From Moniliella sp. 'wahieum' (taxonomy: Eukaryota): 64,000 nucleotides of DNA. Made by a program: the position numbers and the translations under genes. Below are positions 49,618 to 61,300 of this stretch, in pieces. Positions within the stretch are counted from its first letter, which is position 1. Each line of letters begins with the position of its first letter. The stretch covers positions 930,001 through 994,000 of the forward strand of contig RSEE01000010.1 in NCBI GenBank assembly GCA_003971905.1, written 5' to 3'. Below the pieces are notes generated by a model. That model had not been told where the DNA came from. It did no database searches and saw nothing but the letters and a program-made list of their open reading frames with translations.

Positions 49618-51280
49618 CTACATCTCCGTCCACACATCTCCTGAGTCTGTCTCCCCACCAGCAAGGCAATCGTCGCCTCTGCCAGCAGCGAGACAACGCA
49701 ATGGAGAAGCCGCGGTAGAGCAACGGCAATCCCGGCCAGACCGATTTTGTGGGCTTGTCTCCTGGTCCGTCTCCTCCACCAGGATCTTGTAGAGCCATCC
49801 AGTACCCTCCATAAGGCAGCGGACGGGTTTCAACGCACGTGCGCAAACCCTTGATGCGAATGTGGAGGCCCAGTCCTGCCTGCGCCGGGCAGCGAGCTGG
49901 CAATGCTTTGTCCAGCACGCTGGGAGATGGGCTATCGGAACCCTGCCCCCGTGCAGAGACACGCTTGGCATGATGCGCCAGATCGTACACCGGCCGCACC
50001 TGCAACCTCCTCCGCACTGTTTCGATCGGAAGGGTGAGCAGGAGGGAGGCAGTTTGGCAGCGAGCGTCAGCAGCACCTCCACCCCCCTCCTACGTCGGGC
50101 GGAAGCAAGGCATCTACCACCAGTGGCGAGAATCAAGGCAGGACGGAGCGTGCAGTCCAGCAGCGCCGGGATCAACGTCCGTGGGGACAACCACAATTTC
50201 ATCCACCCGCCTTCTTCGTTAGCCATGGTGCGTAGGCTGCCCACCCCGGTGCCGTAGGAGCCACCGTACTTTGATGGGGCGGCACCGTGGTCTGGGCAAT
50301 GGCACGTGTTCGTAAGGTCGAGATGGGCGCCATGGCCAGACCTGTGATGGCATGCTGCGACCGAGGCGAGCCAGGCCTGCCAAGGGCCCAGCGCAAGAAT
50401 GTACTCGGCGGGTGCATCCTCTCCCAGCGCCAGATCGCGGATGGCCAGAACCGAGACCATGCTTGGTGCGGCAGCTGCGGCGAAAAGTGTCAGACTTTGC
50501 TCACTACCGGGACCAGGACCTTGTCCGCTTCGTCAATGAGAAAGGTGAGTGTCAACCCTTTGAACAGACCCTTCCCCTTCCCGACTTTTGACCACGGCTT
50601 TGCCCATAGCCCAGAGCCCACCGCGAAACAGGATTGGTATGCAACATTGTAAGCACCCACACTAGCATCTCCTTCTCCTTCTTCTTTGTCGGCCTTCCTG
50701 TGTAGAGTGACGTCTCGCACAACGTAGCCCGCCCTCGTCCACCTCTCTCCGTTGAGCTTGGCGAGGTCGGTCGACTTGCCATGGTGGCTCAACAGGTCAT
50801 GGAAGTAGTGGCCGCTCATCTTCGTCCAGGAGCTGGGCCAGAGAAATGGTCAGCACTGCGATCCCCACCTAAGCTCTTGTCAAAAGAACGCGGCGGTAGG
50901 ATTGCTTACCTCGTCGTCTGCAGCACCAAATTCGCGCCCGCCGCGCTGGGTGCCCGGCTCTTCGTCAGCGTCGAAGTCGGGGGCGGGGTGGGTGGGCGGG
51001 AGATGGTTTTCCTGTCATCAGGCTCCTGTTCTTCGTCCTTTGCCTTCCTCTTGGGCTGGCTGGACGCGAGGGGAAGAGGAGCGCCGATACTGTACTCGAC
51101 GGCCTGGCCTTGCTCAAAGCCGGCCTTGGCAAACGCATGCCAGACGCTGGGACGCGGACACCACTGCACCTGGAGGAGGATGCGGGCCACCTCGAGGGGC
51201 TGTCCCAGCGCAGTGGAGGCGTACTCGAACGCCAGGTCTTGGAGGCCCAGCGTGGCGCTGCCGAGCGAGTCGTCGGCCAT
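49618..51280 (-). CDS. UGO1: Mitochondrial outer-membrane fusion protein Ugo1 (carrier-like)
   Basis: EYASTALGQPLEVARILLQVQW, GLFKG, EEGGW..LW..P..LIPALLD, PIETVRRRLQV, LRTCVETRPLPY, LYRGFS, ending WTEM-stop. Confidence 0.85.
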
Positions 51281-51614
51281 GGCCTGCGGTGGATGGGGCT
51301 GCGAGCGCGGTCGGTGCGCCCCAGAAACCCGAAGGCTGCGTCCTGGCGGCAAGGCTCGGGTGCTCAATGTTGCAAACGGGCAGGTCGCCGGCACGTGACC
51401 GTCTTCGGCCTGGCTGCGCATGGTTGAATTGTGACGTCAGTCACGTGGAGGGTGGGGCTCTAACCGGCGGCCATAACCGGTACCCGGTAAGCGGCAATAA
51501 GCTGCTTGAAGCTTGAGTGGGGAAGCTGGTCGCAACATCCTGCAAGAGCCGCTGGGCTGCGGACGCCTCCACCCCGCCCCACCGCCATCTCTGCCTCCCC
51601 GCTGTGCTGCGCCC

Positions 51615-52551
51615 ATGTCCCCATCCCCATCCAGACCGCCCGCGAGCACATCGCCGCCGCCCGTGCGCTTGACGGCCCCCGCACCCACCGCCTCGCCGGC
51701 AAGGTGGCCATCGTGACCGGCGCAAACAGCCTGACTGGCATTGGACGCGCTACTGCGCTGCTCTATGCCCGCGAGGGCGTTGCCCACCTCTATGTGACCG
51801 ACTATGACGACTCGGAGCTCCCCGGCTTGGTGTGCCGAGGTTACGCGCGCTACCCCGACGTGAAGGCGACGGCGGTGCAGGGCGACATGTCAGACGAGGC
51901 GGTGGTGCGGCGTTGGTGGACCAGGCGTTGCGTGAGGAGGGCCGGCTAGACATTTATTTTGCCAATGCCGGCCGCGCCCCGCCGCATTCCTCGAGAGCAC
52001 CGACGCTGAGGAGAGCCTCGAGGTGCTGAAAGTGAACACTTTGAGTGTGCTTCTCGCCCTCAAATATGCCAGTGAGGCGATGCAGGTCACCTCGCGGCCA
52101 AGCCGCATGCTGGCGGTGCCATCCTCGCTACCGCCTCCGTGCCGGCCTGCGTGCCAATGCCGGCCCCATCGACTACTCGGCGTCCAAGGCGGCAGTGATC
52201 TCCATGGTGCAGAGTGGCGCCTTTGCGCTGCGGGGCACCGACGTCCGTGTTGTCGGCTTGGCGCGGGCTTGATCAGTACTGGCATGACCGAAGTGTGTTT
52301 GAGATGGCCCGTGCCCGCGGTACCGAGGACAAGGTGGGGCAGATCAATCCCCTGCAGCGCACGAGCGCCGGAAGAGGTGCGTCTCTTCCCTTGCCTGCTC
52401 CCTCTCGCTAGCCCTGACTGACGACCAATAGATTGCCCAAGCGGCGCTCTTTCTCGCCTCTGACGAGGCGTCCTACGTCAACGGCGTCGTTCTTCCCGTC
52501 TGCGGCGGGCTGTCGGCGTCGCATCCCTATGTTGGCAAGCCCAAACTGTGA
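51615..52551 (+). CDS. Short-chain dehydrogenase/reductase (SDR)
   Basis: [41 protein letters not shown] catalytic motif, [28 protein letters not shown]. Intron 52377-52431. Confidence 0.92.
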
Positions 52552-52681
52552 ATGCGTTTCCCTCTATGCGTCCTTAGCCCATCCCTCAACCCGAGCTCTC
52601 AGATCTTAACTGATGCGGCTAGAGAAGAACAAGAATGCAGGATGATGAATAGTAGAGTAGTCGTATTTGCTGGAGGTAGGG

Positions 52682-54176
52682 TTATTCCCACATGACTTCT
52701 GCCAGCTCCTCGGTGCATGTCTCGCGCGCCACCTCACCTGCGCCCTCATAGACGGGGGTGCAATCCTTCTCGCAGACGAAGATCAGGACCGACCCCAGGT
52801 AATGCCAGACTTGACCAGTCGCTCATTACCAGTCAGGGCCGAGGCCCGGGCCAAGCCGCTCCCCTCGGGCACTGCAATGCTCCGCCCGAGCGCTGCCTCA
52901 ATCTCCCGTCGGTGGGCCGAGGCAGCATCTTCCTCTTTGGAATCGGTGGGAACAGCATGCGGGTCTTGAATTTTGTTGGGACGCAACATGTTTACCACAT
53001 TGGGCATCAGTTGTAGTTCAACACGCGCTTTCCGCCGCACTGGGGACAGGTACCAGCAGCACGGGGGTCGTAGGCATCAGGGTATGGGGCGCCAAGGGTT
53101 TCTTCCAAAAGCGCGAGTAGACGTCGCCCTTGTTGCTAAAGGGTAACGGCTCCCCATCAAATCATATCGGATCAACTGGCTCGGCAACCGACTCACACGT
53201 TCCACAAACGACTGGAACACCATATCGACCGTTTTGAGTACTTGCCGCTCATACTTCTCACCGGTGGGGGCCTTGCCGGCACTGGCAGCTTCTGCCTCTG
53301 CCGCTGCCGCTTCTTCCACCTTGACCCCTTCGGGCAGCGTCGTGCTAGGCTTGTACGGCTCTGGGACAGTGGAGATGTACTCTGCCCCCGTGTAAGCTGG
53401 CACATTATCCCACTTGGACCGGAGCTCGGATGCACCCGCATCCAAAGAGGCTTTGATGGCCATCTCTTCTTCCAATCGTACCGCATCCGCATCTGCTTCG
53501 TCCTCCGACTCACTCTCGTCCGAATCCGATACGGAAGGGACCTGTTCCTTCCCAACCGATGGGGACTCTTGCGCCGACGCGCGGCGGGGGGAGCAAATGG
53601 GTTGGAACTGGCGGTAGAAAAGGGATTGCTACCCGAAGCAAAGGGTTGCTTGCTGCCGCGGCCCCGAGCCCGCGGCAAATGGGTTGGAAGTTAAGAGCGC
53701 TTTCCGTTCTTTCTCTTCGTTTTCCTTTTGTTGAGCAATGCGCTCTGCCTTGGCGCGCTGGCGCTGCGCTTTCTTTTCCAGACGAGCGGCCCAGCGCGCA
53801 TTGTAGGTGGTGGAGCGGAAGACGCGGACCGGACGCGAGTCGCGGTAGCGTTGGCACTGGGCCCGCGCACACGACCAAACACTCAGCGTCCGGTCAAACG
53901 CACTGCCCTCGAGCGGCGCAAAAATTTGCACCACCAGTTCCATCTCGTGGCCACAGATCCTGCACTGCGACACGGCTTCGGCGCCGGGGGCAGCGCGGCG
54001 GCGGCGGCGGGGAGGTTGCGGAAGGGAAGCCAGGCGGGCTTGCCGCCAATGCGGGACACGAGCGGGTTGGCCTCGTCTTGCGCCTCGAGGCGCCGTGGCA
54101 GGCCGAGGTACACCCCGCTTTCCTCCTCTTCGTCCGACGAGCCCGAGTCCGAGTCCCACTCGGGTGCGGCAGCCAT
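52682..54176 (-). CDS. TSR4: PDCD2L/Tsr4 ribosomal protein uS5 chaperone
   Basis: VYLG, SRIGGKPAWLP, CRICGHEMELVVQIFAPL..FDRTLSVWSC, F..FVERVS..PSQLIRYD, CPQC..ELQLMPNVV, ending EVMWE-stop. Confidence 0.88.
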
Positions 54177-54356
54177 GGTGGGGGGAGCGTGGTGGGGGCG
54201 GAGCAGGCTGGGCAAAAAAAATTGGCTGGCCAAGTGCGCGTGCTGCCTAGCCCACGTTGCACCGATGGGCCTGAACGATTGAAACGTCCTGTCTGCGACT
54301 GGGCTGGCCGAAGGAAGCCGCAATGTGTCCCCCCCGCCTTCTGCCGCCGTCCGCCA

Positions 54357-54970
54357 ATGCTGCTCTCGACGCTGCCGCGGGTGGCGAGAGGAGGGGGTGC
54401 GCCAGGCCATGCGGCTGCGCGCCGGCGCCACAGGAAGTGACACTTGCTCTGATTAAGCCCCGCGGTTGCTGCGCATGCGGAGGACGTGGCCACCATCCCG
54501 CGGCCTGCAGCGCATCGAGGCCCTGCACCTCGTCCAGTCCCAGTGGATCGCCTGGACCGATGCGGATGCCGCCCAGTTCTACGCCGAACACGAGGGCAGA
54601 TTCTTTTTCCCCCGCCTCGTTTCGGGCATTCGGCCGGCCCGCCCTCGCCCTCGCCCTCAGTGGCCCCGATGTGATTCGCCGTTGGCGCACACTCTTGGGG
54701 CCAACCAAGGCCTACAGGGCCAAGAACGAAGCACCGTCTTCTCTCCGGGCCCGGTTCGGGCTGACCGACCAGGAACGCTTTCCATGGGAGTGGTGAGTGC
54801 ATCGCGTTGATGCGGCCACCTAGACTTACCTTGGACAGATTCCATCCCCTCGGCCTTACGAGAGCTGAAGTTTGTCTTTCCCCATTGGGACGCCCAGGCC
54901 TACCTGGACCAACACCAGGGCAGAAGCTGAGCCTCAACTACGAAATACATCTGGCGGGACATTCAAGTGA
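54357..54970 (+). CDS. Nucleoside diphosphate kinase, NME6-like
   Basis: [50 protein letters not shown] 46-nt intron at 54793-54838. Confidence 0.85.
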
Positions 54971-55029
54971 GATGGGGGGAGGAAGGGATGAGGCCAGAGT
55001 GTGCATATGCCATGTGATTGGGGGAGACG

Positions 55030-55084
55030 CCCAAAGAGGCAATCGAGTGGAGAGCCAAAAAGGCAATCGAGTGGAAAGCCAAAA
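55030..55084. repeat. 24-bp tandem duplication (CCAAARAGGCAATCGAGTGGARAG) x2+
   Basis: Directly visible between the convergent NDK and RPL15 3' ends. Confidence 0.85.
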
Positions 55085-55120
55085 GCCGCTCCGCGCGGGG
55101 CCGCATTTTGGACCGACCGC

Positions 55121-55729
55121 TTAGCGGTAGCGGCCGAAGCGAGAGCGTGTCGCGCTTCTTGATGGTCGCGTTCTTGCCACCATGCTGGGTCTTGTTGAAG
55201 CGTGAGGGTGACCCTTGCCCAGACCCCGGGACTTCTTGCCGGTGGCCGTAAGGCCCACGCGATCGCGGTGTTATTGGCCCACAATCCAGTGTTGGCCGCG
55301 TCGCGGCGAATGGCCTTGTGGAGGGGTCGACGGCAATCACCTCGTAGTACTGTAGATGCCGTCCTGGTTGATCCAGTACGAGTTGAGGATGCGCAGGTTG
55401 CCGCACTTTTCCCCACGCGCTCCTCGGCGGTGGAGCGGAGAGTGCGCTGGTACTTGAGGTGGTTGACACCCTGGTGCACGGGCTTGCCGTAGGTGATGCC
55501 CTTGCTGACGGGCTTTTTGCGGTTGCCACGGCGACGCGCACACGGTAGATGACATAGCCTGCTTGGCTTTGTACCCGAGGCGGCGGGCCTTGTCGGGGCG
55601 CGAGGGCCGCGACGCGCGGTGGATGGCGTTGAGCTGGCGGTACTCCCAGCAGCGCAGCCGGAAGAGCAGACGCAGCACGTCCGACTGCTTGTTGTTGTAG
55701 AGCGTCTGGAGGTAGGTGTAGGCACCCAT
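55121..55729 (-). CDS. RPL15: 60S ribosomal protein L15 (eL15), frameshifted in this assembly
   Basis: [76 protein letters not shown], ending RYR-stop. Confidence 0.97.
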
Positions 55730-55789
55730 TGCGGCGGCGGTGGGGCCAAAGCAGCTCGCCGGTCGCCACGGCTCATCAGGGCGGCAGCC

Positions 55790-55896
55790 AACCCTAGCCC
55801 CCCGCTGTCCAAATGGGCCGCAGCAGCAGCCCCACTCGCCCCCCCCCGCCCTACTCGCAACCCTATTGCCAGCCTGCCCGGAACTGAATATTTCCA
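55790..55896 (+). promoter_or_regulatory. Bidirectional RPL15/RPL5 promoter module (AACCCTAGC, GCAACCCTATTG, CTGAATATTTCCA)
   Basis: Lies in the 285-bp head-to-head spacer. The motifs are shared with the RPS29 upstream region. Confidence 0.55.
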
Positions 55897-56014
55897 GCCA
55901 GGGGGCCCTTTTCGTTGTCCCAGCCCCACTTTACGCGGCCGTGCTAATTAACGCAATTAACCGTGCGTGCCCTCCCTCGTCGTCACCGTCGTCGCCGCCA
56001 CACCATACAACACA

Positions 56015-56999
56015 ATGGCGTTCGTCAAGCAAGTCAAGACCTCGGCGTACTTCTCGCGGTACCAGGTCAAGTACCGCCGACGCCGTGAGGGCAAGACGGA
56101 CTTTGCCGCCCGGCGTGTGCCCTGGTTACCAGGCCAAAACAAGTACAACGCGCCCAAGTACCGCCTCGTCGTTCGTTTTCCAACAAGTATGTGACGGTGC
56201 AGATTGTTGAGGCCAAGATCCAGGGCGACGTTGTATTTGCCCACGCGCACTCTAAGGAGCTGCCCAAGTACGGCATCAACCACGGCCTGTCCAACTGGAC
56301 GGCTGCCTACCACGGGTTCTTGGTTGCCCGTCGTGCGCTCAAGAAGCTGGGCCTGGACAGAAAGTACGAAGGTGTGGCCGAGCCCGAGGTGAGTTCACCG
56401 AGACGGAGGCATGGAGGAGGAGGGCGCCCCGCGGCCGTAAGGTCTTCCTTACGTTGGCCTCAAGCGCACTTCGACGGGCTCGCGCGTGTGTTTGCGATGA
56501 AGGGTGCGTCGGATGGTGGCCTGTTTGTGCCCCATTCGCCCAAGCGCTTCCCTGGCTACGATGCCGAGGAGAGGAGCTTGATGCTGATGTTCTCCGCAAC
56601 ACATTTCGGTGGCCACGTGGCCGATGGAGTCGCTTGAGGAGGAAGATGACGAGCGCTTCAAGAAGCACTTTGCTTCCTACCTGCCGATGACATTTCTCCG
56701 ATGACATTGAGGAGATTTACGAGAAGGCATATGAGCGATCCGCGAGAACCCTGGATTGAGCGACGAAGAAGGACGTGGAGCACTGGAGAAGGAGGTCGCT
56801 CAAGTTCAAGCAGGTCAAGCTCACCTACGACCAACGCAAGGAACGCATTGAGGCCAAGAAGGCCGCTTTTGCCGCGGGACGAGGTGAGTTGTGTTCTTAT
56901 CCCTTGTCTACCCTGCATCGTTATCGCAATATACCACCATTCGGCACCGGCGACACCTGTTCTGGTTCTCCTCTCACCCGCAGTGAGGATGCGCAATGA
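56015..56999 (+). CDS. RPL5: 60S ribosomal protein L5 (uL18), frameshifted; terminal intron 56884-56983
   Basis: [96 protein letters not shown]. Confidence 0.97.
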
Positions 57000-57228
57000 T
57001 TAATGAACCTCCGGGCGCTTGTACTACTAGCGTTCGTCTGTGGGTGTTGTGGCAGTAGCAGGAGTAACTAAGAGCGCGGGTTGATCGATGATCGATCGAT
57101 CCAATATATCCACCAGGGGACGTTGAAATGTTCAGGGCCACCCCAGGGCCCATGCGCGGCACTAGATCGATAAGGCGCAGGCAGGCCGCCGATCTGCTCC
57201 GAACCGCCACCGCCGCTCTTGGCTGGCG

Positions 57229-57562
57229 ATGGGCATCCAGCATGCAGACTACCTCAGCGGCCAGCGCGTGTTTGGCTGCTCCCAGTGCCGCGCCCACATC
57301 ACCACTCGGAGCACATGTCTCCCGCCAGTTCTCCGGCCGCGACGGCCGCGCCATCCTGGTCAGCAAGGTGGCCAACGTCGTCTGCGGCGCCCCGCTGGAA
57401 CGCGAGCTGCGCACCGGCACCCACACCGTCCGTGACTTGTCGTGCCGCCTGTGCGGACAGTACCTCGGGTGGGACTATGTCCATGCCTTTGTCCAGTCCG
57501 AACAGTATAAGGTGGGCAAGGCGGTAGTTGAGCGGGCGAGGGTTAAGGATGTGGTCGTCTAA
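57229..57562 (+). CDS. MOH1: Yippee/MOH1 zinc-binding protein (one frameshift)
   Basis: MG..HADYL..VFGCSQCRAH, SRQFSGRDGRAIL..VANV, R.L.TG.HTVRDLSC..C...LGW.Y..AF..SEQYKVGK..VER. Confidence 0.9.
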
Positions 57563-57989
57563 CACCTTTTCTTCTTTGGGCATCGTCGTACCAGCCCTGC
57601 GTTTCCCTTGTCCCCATCCTCCCACCTCCATCCCCGGCCCCGCTGACTATCCCTTTCTCCTCGTCGTTTTGGCCTGCCGAGCATTTCCATTTCCATTCGC
57701 TTGGCAGGAGGCTAATGTGACCCTTTTGGGAACACAGCCGAGACTAAGCTGACGAATTCGCCCCATGTTACGCGTACCATCCATTCTCTGTCCGTTGGTT
57801 CAAGCTTCGGGCGGCTGCAATCTCCTTGCATATTTCTTCTGCCCTTGACTATCGACCGCCTCTGGTCATGTGCTGGAGTGGGTGCTGGGTACGTGCGGTC
57901 TCACCACCCAACGGCATGATTGTGGTTCATTTCCATCCGTCCTAACCTTCGAGTAGACGCCCTGCCCTTGCACACTGTTGGGAAGTGGG

Positions 57990-60900
57990 GGAGGGGGTCG
58001 AAAGGATTAATGATACCGAGCAATGATGTGTGGCTCGTGCGTTTTGGCCAAGCTCCTTTCGGCCTCTCTTCAAGATTCAAGCCTAGAGCTCCGATTTTCC
58101 CGCTGTTGGTTTCCTTGTTCTGCAGTCTGGTCCGGTAGCGCCTCGCCTGCTAATGTCCCTGGAGATGTCGTTGGTTGGGTTGGACGACCACCAACCACTA
58201 GTGCGAATGTATGCCCCTGGAGGGCCGTCTCGGTTTGAGGTCTCATCAATTGATCATTGTCATTGGTATCGTAGTTCAAGTGGATGTCCAGTAGCTCTGC
58301 CTCGCGCGCAACGCTCTTGTTCTGTTCCCGCGACTTGCTCAAGCAACGCAAGCTACCTCCATCGCCCAGACTAACCCTTCGCGACGCACGATGGCCAGCA
58401 CACAACGACCAAGTAAAACCACTCGCATAGCGTCTTGTGCCACCACCAGCTGCTCCCTCCCGTCCAACATCCCATCCCACCCTCATGCCGCACAGGCACT
58501 GGATAGCCATCCTACATTCCACGATCAATTTGTCGCCCTGACTCTTACGCGTGGACCAGGAGTAAAGCTGTCTTGTAGGGTGTCGTCATGCATTACGCGT
58601 CCATTGATCGCTTGGGAGGACGAAAGTACGAACGAAGAAAAACACAGACAACCTGTGAGCGCGGTAATCCAAGTCGCAAACCAGAGTTAATATCCAGGCA
58701 AGAACGCCCCACACGACGAACGCCATCAGAAACAACGGGACGATGAGGATACGCTGCACCCGGTCCAGCCCACGAGGTCTTGGCACCCACACATCCCACT
58801 ATGTTGTCTGGCTCCTCTTCCCTCGGCCCCAACAATCGGCGGCGCGTGATGAGGACGACGATCTCCGATCAACCTCACCATTTGCGGGCCATGACATGCT
58901 CTCAATGGAGTCCTGATGGTAAGGTTGATGCCAGCTGACCCGCATCCTTTTTCTTTGCGCTGCCAAAGTGCGGCAGGCACCCGCTATGGCCGCTTGGGTA
59001 CCGGACCCGTTCTCCGCGCTCGTCATGGCCGCAGCACCAAGCAGCATCTGCGCTCGGGAGAAACACAAGAACCTTCCGTGTCCGCGCGGCAGCGGGGAAT
59101 GCAAGTGCTCTGTGCCAGTGGTGCAACTTATGGCCAAACAACACAGTACCCGCAGTGCCGGCACTCCCTCCATTGGCGCTTTGAACGACTCGCTGGGGCA
59201 GGCGCTGACGCGACGAGTTGATGCACTGCATGAGTGCGTGACCTCCCGTTCCCGCGTCTAACAAACGCCAGATGGTCAGCAACTTGAGCCACAGCAGAAG
59301 ATATGAGCCACTACAGGCATCTCCATCGCGCGCTGGGTTCATCCTGGATTGGTAAGTCGAGAGAGAGAGGAGTGCGCGCGACCAAGCGTGCGATCAGGGG
59401 CAATCAGCAGCAGCACGGTTTCTTATCCTGCTGGTCGCACACCACCATGGATAACCCACATTCCTCGCGCTTGAGAGTATCTGCAGGTGCGCAGCCCCTT
59501 GTTCATCGGCACCAGATCGTGACAGAAGCTGGCGATGACTCCACCCATACCTTGATACTTGATCTCAAGTTCTTGCAACGCTTGTGCGTTCTGAGGACAA
59601 CAAATACCAGCAAGGAAATCATCCGCAAGCGTTTCTACTTTTTGTTGGGGCGCTGCTGGCCTTGAAGGTGTGCACAACGCATCTTGCTGGCAATCGAAGG
59701 GGAGCGCGCAATCCCTGCTACCGCCGTTGTTGCATCCAGTGTCGCACCCATGAGTGGGCCGCCTTCAGCTTGCTTTGCCTTCCGCCACACATCGTGCCGA
59801 GGACCCGATTTACGGTTGCACGCACGGCCAGGTTTGGCGTGCCGATGAATCGAGGTGGGCAGCCGATGGAACAGCGTGTCTTGTTCGCCATGCTGCTGGA
59901 GACCATCGCCTAGGCCTTCATCCTACAGCCCCCTTCATCCCACAGCTGCCATCACAAGGCCGCCTGCTCGATTCCAGCTCAGTACGGGCTGCATCGACAA
60001 GGATGCACAGCAAGACGTGTAGCCAAGAGGCACGCCCCCCTCGTGAGCACGCATCTGGCTTGGTACACAGCGAGAGGAAAGGAGGGCGAAAGGGGAGCAA
60101 GGACACGAGGTGCAGCAGAGGTCTCAAAGCCTGGGTTGGTGGTGGAGAAGTAGTAAATGGCTCCCATACGCGACGAGATTAAATCCTGCGCGGAGCTAGG
60201 GTTAGAGGCGGTGCGGCCGCAGCCAATGCCAATGAATTGACTGCTGAGGAGCGCGCCGAGGCGGTGGCCGCAACGCTCTTCGGAGGACCGCGAAGGGCAA
60301 GACTATGCCTGCCCCTCATTCTCGCCACTGGCCCCGCCACGTGCTGACCGTGCGCAGTACTCCTCTTTCTGCGGCCCTTTCTCGCCAGAGCTCCACGCAG
60401 CGACGGCCCTTTCTTGGCAGTCAACCGAGCCACGCTTCCTCCCTCCCACAAACTGCAGCCGCTTCAGAGCTGCGCTGTAGCAGGGAGTGCACTGCATACG
60501 GCTTCAACGTACCCGCCGTGATGGCCAGGCGCAGATAGCTGCCACGCAAGATTGGCGTGCCGCCGATAAAACGTGCGGGTTGGACTTGCACTTTGTTTTC
60601 ACATGTCCCTTCCTGGCCAAAGCCCAACCAGGGCCTTCTGTCCCCACCGAAGGGAGAGCGGTGCGCGCACTTGCCTTGCGAGGACGCCTGCCCTTCGGCA
60701 AGTAGAGCAGTGCCTGCACTTTCACCACGTAAGTGTCGCATGCCTGTGAATAAGAGCATTGATACCGCCAGTTTCCTTGTTGTGCAAGTACGTACCCAAA
60801 TACTGCTGGTGTTGTTCCGTCTGCGTCGGTTGTCAGTACCTCGCTCCACAAGGGAGCACAAGCGCGTGGGCAACGTACCATCACCACAATCTGGGCCAGT

Positions 60901-61300
60901 AAGTTTTGGCGAAATGCATGTGAGCACCAAGTGTTGCAGAGATACCGCCCAGATGGGTAGCAGCTAATCACATCGTTGGTAGCGGCGGCGACGGCGGCTA
61001 CATGAGCACAGCACTGCACGCAAACAGTACCAACAGGGACCCATGAAAATAGCAGCATTGCCGTACGTCATGACATACAGGCAAGTCGACAAGTATATTC
61101 GTAATTCGCGCAAGAAGGACGGGGCTGCACAGGATGAAGCATTAGGAGGCACATCGCGCGTTATGCCCCACCGCACCAACCACAGAAGGGAATTCCACTT
61201 TCGAGGGGCGCGGCATCTTGGAAGAGTTGACATAAAAATAAAAGGGCGGACAGGTAGCAATCATGGAGCCAGAAAATCAAACATTCCTTGCGCCGCGCGT
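57990..61300 (+). mobile_element. Highly degenerate tyrosine-recombinase retrotransposon (DIRS/Ngaro-like) relic
   Basis: RT-like IPSNDVWL..APFGLSS..APIF near 58010-58100 and frameshifted W-V-D-D-H near 58176-58190. YR-like MTYRQVDKYIR, H-(S)-F-R-RGAASW and DIKIKGR at about 61070-61260. The RT-then-YR order fits. The motifs need frameshifts, so the call is tentative. Confidence 0.35.

Noticed and set aside
58070..58528. KDZ transposase-like motifs on the minus strand (VGWDVG, LGDGGSLRCLSKS)
   Set aside because: Catalytic residues and the CRHG/HAH motifs are missing. The plus-strand RT/YR reading fits better, though both are weak.
59250..60560. Non-LTR (R1/R2-type) RT on the minus strand downstream of the rRNA break
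   Set aside because: Only vague look-alikes (SYLRLAIT, KGLRT, VADHLA) with wrong spacing, and no QG..LS or [YF]ADD motif.
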